38,086 nucleotides of DNA from a virus (IMGVR_UViG_3300032373_001184:1-38086); one strand, 5' to 3'. Numbered from the stretch's first letter, positions 26,224-37,029 are shown. Numbers and translations are program-made. Notes: generated by a model from the letters alone, not told the origin.

Positions 26224-26523
26224 ATGAGTAAAGTATTTAGTCCAAAGAGACAAATTATAGAAGTAGAGTATCAATTCTCAAATGGTGAAAAAGTAGATTT
26301 AGTTTTACAGTCATTATCAAGCAAACAGCAAAAAGAATTAATGAATAAATTTGAGGACCATGACAACCTTGAAGCAATAAAGTTTGGTATTGAATTAATG
26401 TTTATAAAAAACAAGAAAGAAACTATTAAAAATCTTATCAATGATATGTATGAGAATGATGATATAGCAGTTTTTTGGGAAGATTTAAATTCTTTAATCA
26501 AAGATAGTAAAGAAAAAAAGTAG
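26224..26523 (+). CDS. Tail assembly chaperone (gpG-like)
   Basis: Between tail tube and tape measure; ends in slippery A AAA AAG. Confidence 0.8.
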   Translation: MSKVFSPKRQIIEVEYQFSNGEKVDLVLQSLSSKQQKELMNKFEDHDNLEAIKFGIELMFIKNKKETIKNLINDMYENDDIAVFWEDLNSLIKDSKEKK

Positions 26524-26816
26524 AAAGGCTAGTCCTTTTTGCCTCACAATATAAAAACAAAGAAAGCTGTTGGAGTTTAGAAGAGTACAAAGAGGATTTA
26601 GCTGATGATAATCCAACTGTATGGCTGGATGAAGAAGAAAATGTAATTGCTCAAATTTGGCAATTAAGCTTAAAAAGTGGTATGAGCAGCATTGAAAATG
26701 ATTATTTAATCATTAAAGATGCTTGTAAAAAAATGAAGTTAGATGCAATTGAGATTTATGCTATTTGCAAAAGTATGAGCGCGAAACTAGGTGAAGATTT
26801 AACTAGAAGCACCTAA
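26224..26816 (+). CDS. Tail chaperone G-T fusion via programmed -1 frameshift
   Basis: A AAA AAG at 26514-26520; -1 frame open for 98 codons (VERLVLFASQYK...EDLTRST) to TAA 26814-26816. Confidence 0.8.
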
Positions 26817-26891
26817 AAAAGTCATCATTAAAATGATGCCACCGCCAAATACAGCAACAAATACAATAATCATAGTTTGAATGAGTTCCAT
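26799..26891 (-). CDS. Leaderless 30-aa membrane peptide (antisense moron; not in ORF track)
   Basis: TGcTATAAT six nt before ATG; MELIQTMIIVFVAVFGGGIILMMTFLGASS. Confidence 0.65.
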   Translation of the reverse strand: MELIQTMIIVFVAVFGGGIILMMTFLGASS

Positions 26892-26905
26892 GAAAGGATT
26901 ATAGC

Positions 26906-29900
26906 ATGAGTGCAAAAAATTTACGCATTAAAATTGGCATTGATGCTGATACTAAAGAACTGATTATTATCAAAAAAGAGTTTGAAAAACTTGGCAATAC
27001 CATTGTAGACTCTTCTAAAAAAACAGAACAATTTCAAAAAAGAATGAAAAGTATGGGGCATTTGGCTGCAGGTGTTTATGCACTAGAAAAAGCTTTTTAT
27101 GCTCTAGATTCTGTTTATAATAAAACAATTAAAACAGGCATAGATTTTAATGCTTCTATGCAGACAACACAAATTGGTATAGCGTCTTTAATCTCAATTA
27201 ATTCAAAAAATATAACTTCCTTAGATAAGGTCGTAAGTGTTCAAGAAAAATATAAAATAGCAACTGAAGAAAGTGCAAAAGTCGTTAAAATGCTTCAAGT
27301 TGCGAATTTAGAAACATCTGCAACTCTACCTCAATTAATACAAGGCTTTCAATCAGCAGTAGGTCCAGCACTCTCAGCAGGGTTTAGTATAAAACAGACT
27401 GTTGAATATACAAAACTTATGACACAAGCCGCAGGTGCAATGGGTATGCCAATGGATCAACTAGCACAAGAAATGCGCTCAGTTATGATGGCTGATATTG
27501 ACAGAAACTCTATTGTTGCGATGAATTTACAGATTACAAACAAACAAATTACTCAAATGAAAGCACAGGGCAAACTCTTTGAATTTTTAGAAAAAAGATT
27601 GAGAGGTTTTGCTCTAGCAGGTAAAGATGTATCTGCAAGTTTTACAGGTTCTATGTCAAATATGAGTGACGCTTGGTCAATCATGATGGGTGAAGTAACT
27701 AAGCCAGTTTTTGAAGATATTACTAAAGGAATAAATGAATTAACTGAAGTAATTAAAGAAATAAACCCTCAAACAGTTATAGATTCATTTGAAATATTAG
27801 GAACAGCAATATCTACAGTAACAACTGTTTTAGTTGCGTATAAGGGAAGTGCAATACTTGCGAAAGTAACTACTACTGCATTAGCAACTGCTACAGCAAT
27901 GTATGGACGTGCTACTTCAAAGGCAACATTCAAACTAAATAGTTATGGAGCTGCTACAAAAAGAGCAACTATCGCTCAAAAAGCTTTAAATATTGCTATG
28001 AAAGCAAATCCAGTTGGTCTTTTGGCAACTGCATTTATTTTGGGCTATGAGGCAGTTGATAGCTATTTAGACTCACAAGAAGAAGCAATTAAAAAGACAA
28101 AAGAACTCGCAGAAACAGACAAAAGACTCCTTCAACTAAATGATGCTTATGAAATTATTTTATCAAATGAGCATTTAAGTAATGAGCAAAAAGAAAAAGC
28201 TATAGCACTATTAAATGCTCAAGCAATGGCTACTGTAGGGTTGAAATCTGAAAGTGAGAAACTAATAACTTCAACAAATGCTGAAGCAAAAGCATTAAGG
28301 GAACTCAAAAAAATATATGTTTCTACTGATGCTTATTCAAAAGCTATAAAACAATGAGATGATGAGCTTGTAAAATTTGGACAGTTTGCAAGCACCAGAG
28401 AGAAAATAGAAAAAGAGTTTAATAAAAAAATAGAAGAACTAAATAAAAAAGAGCTTGATAAGTACAATAAAATTTTAGAGCAAAAAGAAAAATTATTAGA
28501 AACTAATGCAGAAAAGAATGCATTCAAATGGCAAGAGTATTTTAAATTAACAGGTAATTATGAAAGCGCATGGTGGTTTGAAAAGGAAAAGTTATTAGAA
28601 GAATATCAAGACCTTGATGAGGCATCCAAAGAAGAACTTTTAAAATATTATAAAAAAAATTATTTAGAAAAACTAGAAAAAGAAACAAAAGAGACATCTG
28701 AAGAATTAGTCTCAACATGGGATAACATATCTAATTCAATGGGCAAGTCATTCGAAGAAAACTTTTTTGATTTTATGAAAGATGGGTTTAAAGATATTGG
28801 GAGTTTTGCTAAAAATACTTTCAAAGATTTAGGCTCAAATATTTACACACCTTTACTTCAACAAGCAAGCGCGGTATTTTCACCTTTAACTGGTAGCGTT
28901 GATGTTTCAACACTTCTTGACCAAGGCTTTTCTTTTGATAAGGCTACTGGTATCTATAGTGGTGCGGGTGATATGGAGGGCGTTACTGTAAATAGTGGCG
29001 GACAAGTTTTAAGTGGAGCAAACCTTTTAAGCACTGGATATGATCTAGCAACAAAAGGCATTAGCAACACAATAATGACAGGCTTTGAAAAAGTTGCAAA
29101 TGTAGCTTACTCACAAGGATACTATGGAGTAAGTCAAGGTATCTATGATTTTGGAGCTGGTTTTAGTTCACCATTTACAGCAATGCAAGGAGCAAGTACA
29201 TCAGCATATGCTGGTAGTATGCTTGGTGGTGCTGGTATTGGTTATGGTGTTGGCTCATTAGGCGACATGATATTTGATGCTGATACTAAAGCTGGCATAG
29301 GTGGGGCGATAGGTGGAGCTATTGGAAGTGGTTTAGTTGCAGCGGGCGTTGCAAGTGGTCCAGTAGGTTGGGCATTATTAGCAGTTGGTGCATTAATAGG
29401 TGGTGCATTTGGTTCAACAAAAGTAACTAACCAAGGAGTTGGGTTAACTGACGATAATACATTTGCAAATTGGACTGAAACAACTAAAAAGAGCTGGTTT
29501 AATAAAGATGTTGACAGTAATTACACTCAATTAACCTCTGCTGTATCAAATCAGTTAGACAATATGCTAAACGCTTTTGAAGTAACCTTAGATGAGTTTC
29601 AAGTATTTAACAATGATATTAATTTAACAATCGGTGAATGGGGAAGAAACTTCTCAGGGAACTTACTTGTAGATTTAGGGATGGTTACAGAGCTAATTGC
29701 TGGATTTATGAATAAGTCTGTAATCGATGAAGCTGTAATAGATGTCCGTAAAGAGTGGGAGGGTAATGCCCAAATACTAGATACAAGTGTTTCTGAATTA
29801 ATATTGACTACGTTTGCCTCACTTGAAGAGACAACTAAAGCGATCGAAGTTGTGCAGATGAAAAAGCAAGGTATAGTAGATCCATCTGCATATCTAAATG

Positions 29901-31489
29901 TACAACAAGCATTAGTTACAGCTAACTCAACACAATCAAAAACTGGCTACTTTAGAGACTATGCCTTTGCCCAAGGTCAACAAGCATTACTTGGTGAACG
30001 CGCAAGTGGAGCAAGTGCAGAAGTGCAATTAAAAGCTTATGCTGATGCTATAAATAACGTAAATATGTCTTTTGAAAATATTACACTTGATAATTTTGAA
30101 GAATATAGCAAAGCAATACTCTCTTCTGAACCATCTTATGATGTAATTGAAAATCTTAAAAAATTAGGGCAATCTCTATTAACATTAAATGAATATGCAA
30201 GTTTAACAGATACAGCATTAACTAATTATGGGATCAACACTGGAAAAACTACACGTGTAAATGAAGCGCAATTAAACTTTGAACAATTAAGACAAAAAGC
30301 TGAGGACGATTTAGGGCTAAAAGGCATTACAAGTAATAGCGCAAGTTCAATACTACAAGAGTATTATGCGATAAAAGATACTCTAACAACAGAAGCAAAA
30401 GTCGCACTTGCACCTGTAATAAATAGCGCACTTGAAGTATATAACCTACAACAAGATACGAATAATCTTGAAATGAATAGATTACTCTCAATCAAAGCAC
30501 TTTACACTTATGTAAAAGATTTAAAATTAGATGCAGAGCTTTCCCCTTATTCATTCAAAGAGCAAGTAGGAATAACTGGGACATATTTTAAAGGTGCATT
30601 AACTGATTATAAAAAAGCATTAAACAATGGCGATGATGTTGCACCTTATGCACAGAATGTAATTAGTTATTCAAAAGAGTATCTTGCAAACTCTAAAAAA
30701 TATTTAAGAGACAGCGGAACGTATGCACTTGAATTTAATAAAACAACTGAGGCTATAGAAGCACTCTCAGGTTATCAAGACACATCACTTGGGGATATTG
30801 ATGAGGCTATAAAAAATTTAAATGCTGGTATTGCTGGTGCAAGTCTTGGGGTTATTGGAGCAGTCAATAACATTAGCTTTAAACCTATTACTACAACACT
30901 TGATGATGGTGGACTTATATCTTCAATTAGTAGTTTAGTTTCAGCAATGGGGGTAACTCAAACTAAAACAATTACTACACCAACAGCAACTAGTATAAGT
31001 ACAGTTTCAAACTCTGTATCACCAATTACATATTCACAAAGTGATTATGCCAAAACTTGGGATTTATATAACCAAGGTGGTATCTCTTCAGGTGAAGCAT
31101 TACTGCTTCGTGGGCAAATTGCTTCAATGAGCGGTGGAACTAATACAGAAGAGTACAAGCTTGCTGATGATGCATTAAAAGCTTATGGGTTTGCAAATGG
31201 GGGAATTGTTACAAGGCCAACTCTAGGGATAATTGGTGAAGCTGGATACCCAGAACTAAAAATGGATAACGGTGTCATACCTCTTAAAAATCCTAATGAT
31301 CCATTAAACGCTGGTGCTTTACTCGCTGAATTAAAAGAGATTAAAAAAGAGTCTGCACAATTAAGAGATGTAGTTAAGTTATTAATCTCTTTGGTTGATG
31401 ATACAGACACTATTAAAAATAACAGTATGAGACAACGAATAGAGGGCATAAAAGTATCTAATGCAAGTGAATGTGGGGTTGCAGTATGA
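26906..31489 (+). pseudogene. Tail tape measure protein (1527 codons) interrupted by one in-frame TGA at 28355-28357
   Basis: ORFs 26906-28357 and 28739-31489 share a frame and the gap has no other stop; ANPVG and FANGGIV..PTLGIIGEAGYPE tape-measure motifs. Confidence 0.85.
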
Positions 31490-32571
31490 AAATGACAGTT
31501 CCTTTTTTATTGAAAGATAAAGAAGATTTAATTGTTAGTGATGTCTTTACAAATAGCATTGAACACACCAACTTATTACCAACATGGAATGCACTTATAT
31601 ATATTTATCAAGGTGACTTATTAGTATATAGCGGACATCTATATCGTGCTATGGAAAATAGTTTAGGAAAAGCACCTGACTTATATGTTGGTGACTTTTG
31701 GTACGACTTTGGACTTTGGACAAATACTACTGCAGATGCTTACAATCCAGCTACCACTTATGCACTTAATCAATTATGCTACCACGAAATTGGGTACAAG
31801 CATTATATTTATTCAAGCAATGTAGCATCGAATGTAGGCAATAAACCGTCTGCAACAGTTGGTGATAAGTGGACTAAAGTCGGTGCGGTAAATCTGTACC
31901 GTTGCCTTGATGATAAGACTAATAATAAAACAGCTCGAACAGATAGCCTATGGCTAAGAGTAAAAACTTACAAAGCTGATACGGTAGCGTTAATTGGCAT
32001 TCGTGCCAAGAGTGCAACAATTACAGTTTATGACTCTTTAGGTAATGTTTTATCAACTGATAATAGAGCTTCCTTACAATATAAAGGAGCTACTTCATGG
32101 ATGAGTTATTTCTTTGGCGACTTTAAATATAAAACAGACATTACATCACAAGTAAATTTAGGCTTTAACAATGAAGTAAAAGTAGAAGTAGTAAACACTG
32201 GAAACATTGCAAGGCTAGGTAGATTAGTTATTGGTAAAAGTTTCGATATTGGAACAACTAACTATGGTGGTGATAGCGGAATTTTAGATTTTTCACTAAA
32301 AGAACGTGATGCTATTTTTGGTGATGAGTCTATTAAACAAGGCAACTACGCAGATATTCATAGCATTAAAGTAAACATACTCACTTCAAGAATAAGTGAA
32401 ATAAAGCAGTTTCTCACATCAATCCGCGGAAAAGAAGTTCTACTAAATGCAAACAACGGTGGAGATTATTACGACTATTTAATTACTTATGGATTTGTTC
32501 AAGACTTTAAAGTAATTCATGAGGGACCAGTAATGTCTACATTATCAATAAAATTTGAAGGATTAATATAA
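31486..32571 (+). CDS. Distal tail/baseplate protein with carbohydrate-binding-like repeats
   Basis: ATGA overlap with the tape measure; WNALIYIYQGDLLVY and YNPATTYALNQ repeats. Confidence 0.65.
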   Translation: MKMTVPFLLKDKEDLIVSDVFTNSIEHTNLLPTWNALIYIYQGDLLVYSGHLYRAMENSLGKAPDLYVGDFWYDFGLWTNTTADAYNPATTYALNQLCYHEIGYKHYIYSSNVASNVGNKPSATVGDKWTKVGAVNLYRCLDDKTNNKTARTDSLWLRVKTYKADTVALIGIRAKSATITVYDSLGNVLSTDNRASLQYKGATSWMSYFFGDFKYKTDITSQVNLGFNNEVKVEVVNTGNIARLGRLVIGKSFDIGTTNYGGDSGILDFSLKERDAIFGDESIKQGNYADIHSIKVNILTSRISEIKQFLTSIRGKEVLLNANNGGDYYDYLITYGFVQDFKVIHEGPVMSTLSIKFEGLI

Positions 32572-34112
32572 TGCCAATAGCACAATTAACAGCAGTGGTT
32601 AGAGATATACCACCAGCACCAAGCCTAGCCGACCCAGATACATTTGAATCTAAAACAGAAGCATTGGTGCAACACTTAGATTCAAATTTAGAACCTGACT
32701 TAACAGGGTTAAAAAATGATTTTAATTTACGTGTTGGTGAAATAAACCAAGCAGTAACTAATGTAAATGACGATACAACCGCATCAGGCTTAAACGCTCA
32801 ATCAGCTCAAGCAGATGCAGCTTCAGCATTAGCTTCAAAAAATGCAGCAGCACTAAGCTCAACAGCTTCAAACGATGCAAAAGTCTTAGCAATAGCTGCT
32901 AAAGACACAACTCAATTAATTAGAGATGATATAGTAAATAACCTATTCCCAAAATGGATAAGCAAAACATATAATCAATATGTTTCAGTAACTTCACCAA
33001 TAGATTTTCAAACATATAGGCTTATGACTACGGCTTACGTTTCACTAGCTTCAACCGTTGACCCATCAAGTGATGGCGCAAATTGGATTAAAGGGCTTAG
33101 TTACACACTACCAACCGCATCAACAACCGTAATTGGTGGGGTTAAAATAGACGGTACAACGATTCAAATTATCGCTGATGTTATATCGTCAGTGTTCACA
33201 ACATCAAGCTTGGACACACTTACAAATAAAACGATTAATGCACCTGATAATAGTATAACTAATATTGGTACTTCTAATATGGCAGCGAATGTAATCAACG
33301 GATTAATAGAAGATACCGCTCCATCAGGTAATGACGTAGTCCTAGTACAAAAAGCAGACAATACATTTACAAAGGTTGCTTTATCATCAATAAATCCCTC
33401 CCAATATGACTGGGTTGCACCTCATTATTACAAATTTGAGAATAATTTAACAGATAGTGGCACAGTAGGAAGTTGGGCTTTGACGGCTTTAGGCACTTCA
33501 TATAATTCAATAACACCTATAAATGGAGTAGCAAGCCTTACTCTAATAGGTGGTGGTGCATTATCAGATGCCCATTTTGCTACTGAAAAAGTATTTACAC
33601 ATTTAACAACGTCAAGAATAGTGCGCCTTAGTGGGAATTATGCACATATCATGGGCAACTATTGGACTATAGATAATAGATATTTTTCTTGTGCTTTTAA
33701 TTCTGTCACTCCTCTAGCTGGAGAAATATCTATTTCTCATGGGTGGACTGCTCCAACCATTTGGCATAACGGGAGTACTGGTATTGCAGAAATTACAGCA
33801 ATTATGGGTACTACAACACCATTCTTTTTTGCTATACGCTGGTCTTCTACAACTCTAACAACTGCAAAAATATACGTAGGTGCGAACTCATTTACAACTG
33901 GAACTTTAGCTGGTGGTAAATTGCATGTTATTAATGCCATTGCTGCCGATGCAGTTGCTATAACAACTGATTGTTTAATCGGGAATAAAGGTTATAACAC
34001 AGTTCAAGAGACAAATAGGGATATTGACGAGGTTAAAATATCCGACACGTTAGAGTCAGAAGCAACTATTGTTAGTGAATTTATATCACTAAATACTAAA
34101 GGAGCAGTGTAA
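32571..34112 (+). CDS. Tail fibre / receptor-binding protein with C-terminal LamG/ConA-like domain
   Basis: Ala-rich coiled coil; YTLPTASTTVIGGVKI; TLTNKTI; HYYKFENNLTDS...IDEVKI. Confidence 0.75.
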   Translation: MPIAQLTAVVRDIPPAPSLADPDTFESKTEALVQHLDSNLEPDLTGLKNDFNLRVGEINQAVTNVNDDTTASGLNAQSAQADAASALASKNAAALSSTASNDAKVLAIAAKDTTQLIRDDIVNNLFPKWISKTYNQYVSVTSPIDFQTYRLMTTAYVSLASTVDPSSDGANWIKGLSYTLPTASTTVIGGVKIDGTTIQIIADVISSVFTTSSLDTLTNKTINAPDNSITNIGTSNMAANVINGLIEDTAPSGNDVVLVQKADNTFTKVALSSINPSQYDWVAPHYYKFENNLTDSGTVGSWALTALGTSYNSITPINGVASLTLIGGGALSDAHFATEKVFTHLTTSRIVRLSGNYAHIMGNYWTIDNRYFSCAFNSVTPLAGEISISHGWTAPTIWHNGSTGIAEITAIMGTTTPFFFAIRWSSTTLTTAKIYVGANSFTTGTLAGGKLHVINAIAADAVAITTDCLIGNKGYNTVQETNRDIDEVKISDTLESEATIVSEFISLNTKGAV

Positions 34113-34585
34113 TGTTTTACAACAGTATAGTAGGTGCAAGGTTTACAGAAAAAGATTTGAGTGGTAACGTAATATATACATCTCCTTACGAAAGAGACAT
34201 AGCCGCTCAAAATGGTAATATTATATATTACTACATATCAGGTGATGTTACTCAGTTTGAACAAGATACAGGCTTATCAAGAGTAAGTATCCCTAGTGAC
34301 TCAATATTTTGCAATAAGTTTGATAGTTGCAAAAGCTTTGATGATGTGAAAAATGTTTTATTGAATGAGCTTACGGTAACAGTAAATGGTAATGAGTTTT
34401 ACGCAGACCCTTATAGCAGGGCAGATATAAACGAGGCTATTGGTATTGTTATTGACTCAAGTCAAACTTCCACATTATGGAAAGTTAAAAACAATGCAGT
34501 GGCACAGACTGTAACCTTAGCAGACCTAAAAACTGCTAGGGTGTTAGCACTACAAGCAAAAGCACTCATAGTTGGGGTGGTATGA
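34112..34585 (+). CDS. Tail fibre assembly-like protein (DUF4376-like)
   Basis: VTVNGNEFYADPYSRADI...WKVKNN...VTLADL. Confidence 0.6.
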   Translation: MFYNSIVGARFTEKDLSGNVIYTSPYERDIAAQNGNIIYYYISGDVTQFEQDTGLSRVSIPSDSIFCNKFDSCKSFDDVKNVLLNELTVTVNGNEFYADPYSRADINEAIGIVIDSSQTSTLWKVKNNAVAQTVTLADLKTARVLALQAKALIVGVV

Positions 34586-34950
34586 TGAAAAAAATCATAT
34601 TTCTTTTTACTTTATATCTCAAGCACTCTTTTTTATTTGAAACGCAGCACAAAATAGTAGGTAAATTCAGTCCTATTCGTTGGTATATGAAAAAAAGAAA
34701 GTTCAAAGGTTGGACTTCGTTTTGGAATACGATTTACTACATTGATGAAGATGCTCTAAATGATGAAAAGTTAAAACGTCATGAGCTGCACCATATAAAG
34801 CAGATTAAAAAATGTGGGCGTTTGAAGTTTGCTATTCATTATTCACTGTGGACTTATTTAGTAGGTTATAGAAAAAATCCATTTGAAGTTAATGCAAGAT
34901 GGGCAGAAACTGTTGATGGGTTAGAGGTTTTTTGTGAGCAAGCAAGATGA
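34582..34950 (+). CDS. HExxH metallopeptidase-like protein
   Basis: RHELHHIKQ...GYRKNPFEVNAR. Confidence 0.65.
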   Translation: MMKKIIFLFTLYLKHSFLFETQHKIVGKFSPIRWYMKKRKFKGWTSFWNTIYYIDEDALNDEKLKRHELHHIKQIKKCGRLKFAIHYSLWTYLVGYRKNPFEVNARWAETVDGLEVFCEQAR

Positions 34951-35021
34951 TTGAATACATATTTACATGGTTCGCACCATATTTAGGTGTCTTGTCTCTT
35001 ATGGATTGGTTTTTTAGATGA
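34947..35021 (+). CDS. 24-aa hydrophobic peptide (not in ORF track)
   Basis: MIEYIFTWFAPYLGVLSLMDWFFR; ATGA overlaps at both ends. Confidence 0.45.
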   Translation: MIEYIFTWFAPYLGVLSLMDWFFR

Positions 35022-35389
35022 TTCCTCAACTAGAAGAGTTAACAAAGATTTATAATCCTGATGGCATATTTGGATACACATGGCTAATTATAATCTCAAT
35101 TTTTGCTCGTGTTGCCTCTGATATGAAACAGATACATACAGGACAAAAGCGTTTTTCTATTACAGTGTTTTGTTTTGGGCTTATCACCTCTTGTTTTGTT
35201 AGCATATTGGCATTCCATGCGTGTGTGTTTTTTGATATAGATGCAAACTTAATGATTATTATTGTTGGCATGGCTTCATACAGCGGAACAGAGGGGATAC
35301 ATGTACTTATTAAAATATTATCAGGTCGTTATAACTTGAATTTAAAACTTGAAACTAAGGAGAATATAAAAGATGAACGAAATGATTGA
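35018..35389 (+). CDS. Holin (about 3 TM)
   Basis: Hydrophobic helices, GMASYSG, charged C-tail, position in lysis cassette. Confidence 0.75.
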   Translation: MIPQLEELTKIYNPDGIFGYTWLIIISIFARVASDMKQIHTGQKRFSITVFCFGLITSCFVSILAFHACVFFDIDANLMIIIVGMASYSGTEGIHVLIKILSGRYNLNLKLETKENIKDERND

Positions 35390-35600
35390 TTTTATGACAT
35401 TGGGGGCTATCTCAAGGACAATATATTTTTTAATGGTTGTGTTTGGGATTTGGCTATTAGCAAGGTTGCTTGATAAATTAAGCGGTCAAAACTTTAAAAA
35501 AAATATGAGGAAGATTTCAGATGATTCTAAAGCACTTGCTATTTATTATGGTTTGCGTTTTCTTGGTATCGCATACGGTGCAAGCACAATACTTTCCTAA
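35373..35600 (+). CDS. Small 2-TM membrane protein of the lysis cassette
   Basis: AAGGAG RBS; two hydrophobic segments. Confidence 0.65.
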   Translation: MNEMIDFMTLGAISRTIYFLMVVFGIWLLARLLDKLSGQNFKKNMRKISDDSKALAIYYGLRFLGIAYGASTILS

Positions 35601-36087
35601 GAAGTACGACCGCCAAATTAAAAAAGCTGTAAAGCTCTATTGGGCTGATTATCCTTTTTGGACAAACTATAAAGCTCAACTGTACCAGGAGAGTAGACTA
35701 GATACTAACGCTACAAGTCCAGTTAGTGCAATGGGTTTAGCTCAATTTATGCCATACACTTGGAAAGATATGTCAAAAAGGTTAGGGTTTAAAGCAAGTG
35801 CATATGACCCTAAATATGCGATAGAAGCTGGTGCGTACTATATGTTTACGCTTAGGCGTTCATGGAAAAGTAAACGCCCACAATCAGAACGCCAAAAATT
35901 AGCGCAAGCGAGTTATAACGCTGGACTTGGAAACATTATCAAAGCGCAAAAAAAGTGCAACATGGCACGAATGTATGAGCCTATCATTAAATGTCTGCCA
36001 TACGTAACAGGGCATCATTCAAAAGAGACTATAACTTATGTAAAGAGGATTGCAAAATGGGATTCATTGCTTCATTTGGGATTATAA
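35521..36087 (+). CDS. SLT-family lytic transglycosylase endolysin with signal peptide
   Basis: QES, AMGLAQFMPYTW, ASYNAG, ETITYV; N-terminal hydrophobic stretch ending VQA. Confidence 0.92.
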   Translation: MILKHLLFIMVCVFLVSHTVQAQYFPKKYDRQIKKAVKLYWADYPFWTNYKAQLYQESRLDTNATSPVSAMGLAQFMPYTWKDMSKRLGFKASAYDPKYAIEAGAYYMFTLRRSWKSKRPQSERQKLAQASYNAGLGNIIKAQKKCNMARMYEPIIKCLPYVTGHHSKETITYVKRIAKWDSLLHLGL

Positions 36088-36455
36088 AAATAGGGATTGC
36101 GATAGTTGTTGCGGTTGTTTTGGGTTACATCGGAGTTTTAAAGTATGAAAACAGTTCATTAATTGAAGATGTAGCATATGAAAAAAAGAATAATGCTCTA
36201 TGGAAAGATAAATTTAACCGTTCAGCAGAGATTGCGAACAGTAATGCGAATGAATTAGAACGTGCAGCTATTGCTTTTAATGAGCAAATGAGAGCAGTAG
36301 AATCTCATCATAAAGAAGAATTAGAAAAAGCTAAAGAGTTTCAAATCATAAAAGAGAGGATTGGATATGAAGAAGATGCACCTGTGGCTAATGTACTTAG
36401 TGCTACTTTCAACGGGTTGCGCGAATCGCAGCGACCCACCACCACAGATAATTAA
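36057..36455 (+). CDS. Rz-like inner-membrane spanin
   Basis: GAGGA RBS before ATG 36057; N-terminal TM then coiled coil. Confidence 0.75.
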   Translation: MGFIASFGIIKIGIAIVVAVVLGYIGVLKYENSSLIEDVAYEKKNNALWKDKFNRSAEIANSNANELERAAIAFNEQMRAVESHHKEELEKAKEFQIIKERIGYEEDAPVANVLSATFNGLRESQRPTTTDN

Positions 36456-36642
36456 AGAGGTAGTTTACAAATCTCCAATAATTGCGCCTGAATTATTAAC
36501 TTGTAAAGCTTTGCCAGTAGTTCCTAAAGTGACTATGCAGAGTGAAGTAGCTATTTATGTTGTGGAACTTTTTGAAACAGCTAGTGAGTGTTATGGAAAT
36601 TTAGGGATGGTTAAGGCAGTTTTAGAGAGTGAACCGCCTTGA
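36367..36642 (+). CDS. Rz1-like outer-membrane lipoprotein spanin
   Basis: Lipobox STG-C; Pro-rich; PELLTC...EC; overlaps the i-spanin. Confidence 0.8.
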   Translation: MKKMHLWLMYLVLLSTGCANRSDPPPQIIKEVVYKSPIIAPELLTCKALPVVPKVTMQSEVAIYVVELFETASECYGNLGMVKAVLESEPP

Positions 36643-36657
36643 TTATTAGTGTCCCTG

Positions 36658-36963
36658 CTACGGTTGTTTTTCAATAATGTTATTTACTTCAAATCTAACT
36701 ACACAACCAAGCGGTTGTCTAAAAGTTGTTTCATATATATTCTCACTGTTTTCAAATTTCTCGAAATTATCCTTAAAATCCACATGAGTAACGAGATTGA
36801 AATAAAATTCTTTGCCAATATCTTCATTTCCCGCAAAATCAGATAATTCAAACCAATCGTCATCCAAATCCTCATTTGTTACAATAACTTCGTCATTTAC
36901 TAAAATCATGTCTTTTCTTGAAAAAATTTCCAAGTTCTCATAAAGTTCATCTTTAGTCATCAT
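36658..36963 (-). CDS. Acidic hypothetical protein (moron)
   Basis: AAGGA RBS; upstream TGaTATAAT on the minus strand. Confidence 0.7.
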   Translation of the reverse strand: MMTKDELYENLEIFSRKDMILVNDEVIVTNEDLDDDWFELSDFAGNEDIGKEFYFNLVTHVDFKDNFEKFENSENIYETTFRQPLGCVVRFEVNNIIEKQP

Positions 36964-37029
36964 AAATCCTTAATTTAAATATACCTAATTATATCAACTT
37001 AAAACTATTTTGAAATTTGAAATAAAATT

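Noticed and set aside
26906-31489. Genome-wide TGA reassignment (genetic code 4 or 25)
   Set aside because: Many genes, including late ones, end in TGA with ATGA overlaps (e.g. 31489, 34585, 34950); only one internal TGA was found
15798-35271. Numerous antisense or alternative-frame ORFs over structural genes (e.g. 16583-16972, 20710-21213, 22361-22669, 31183-31449)
   Set aside because: Shadows of well-supported genes, with no RBS or promoter and non-protein-like composition
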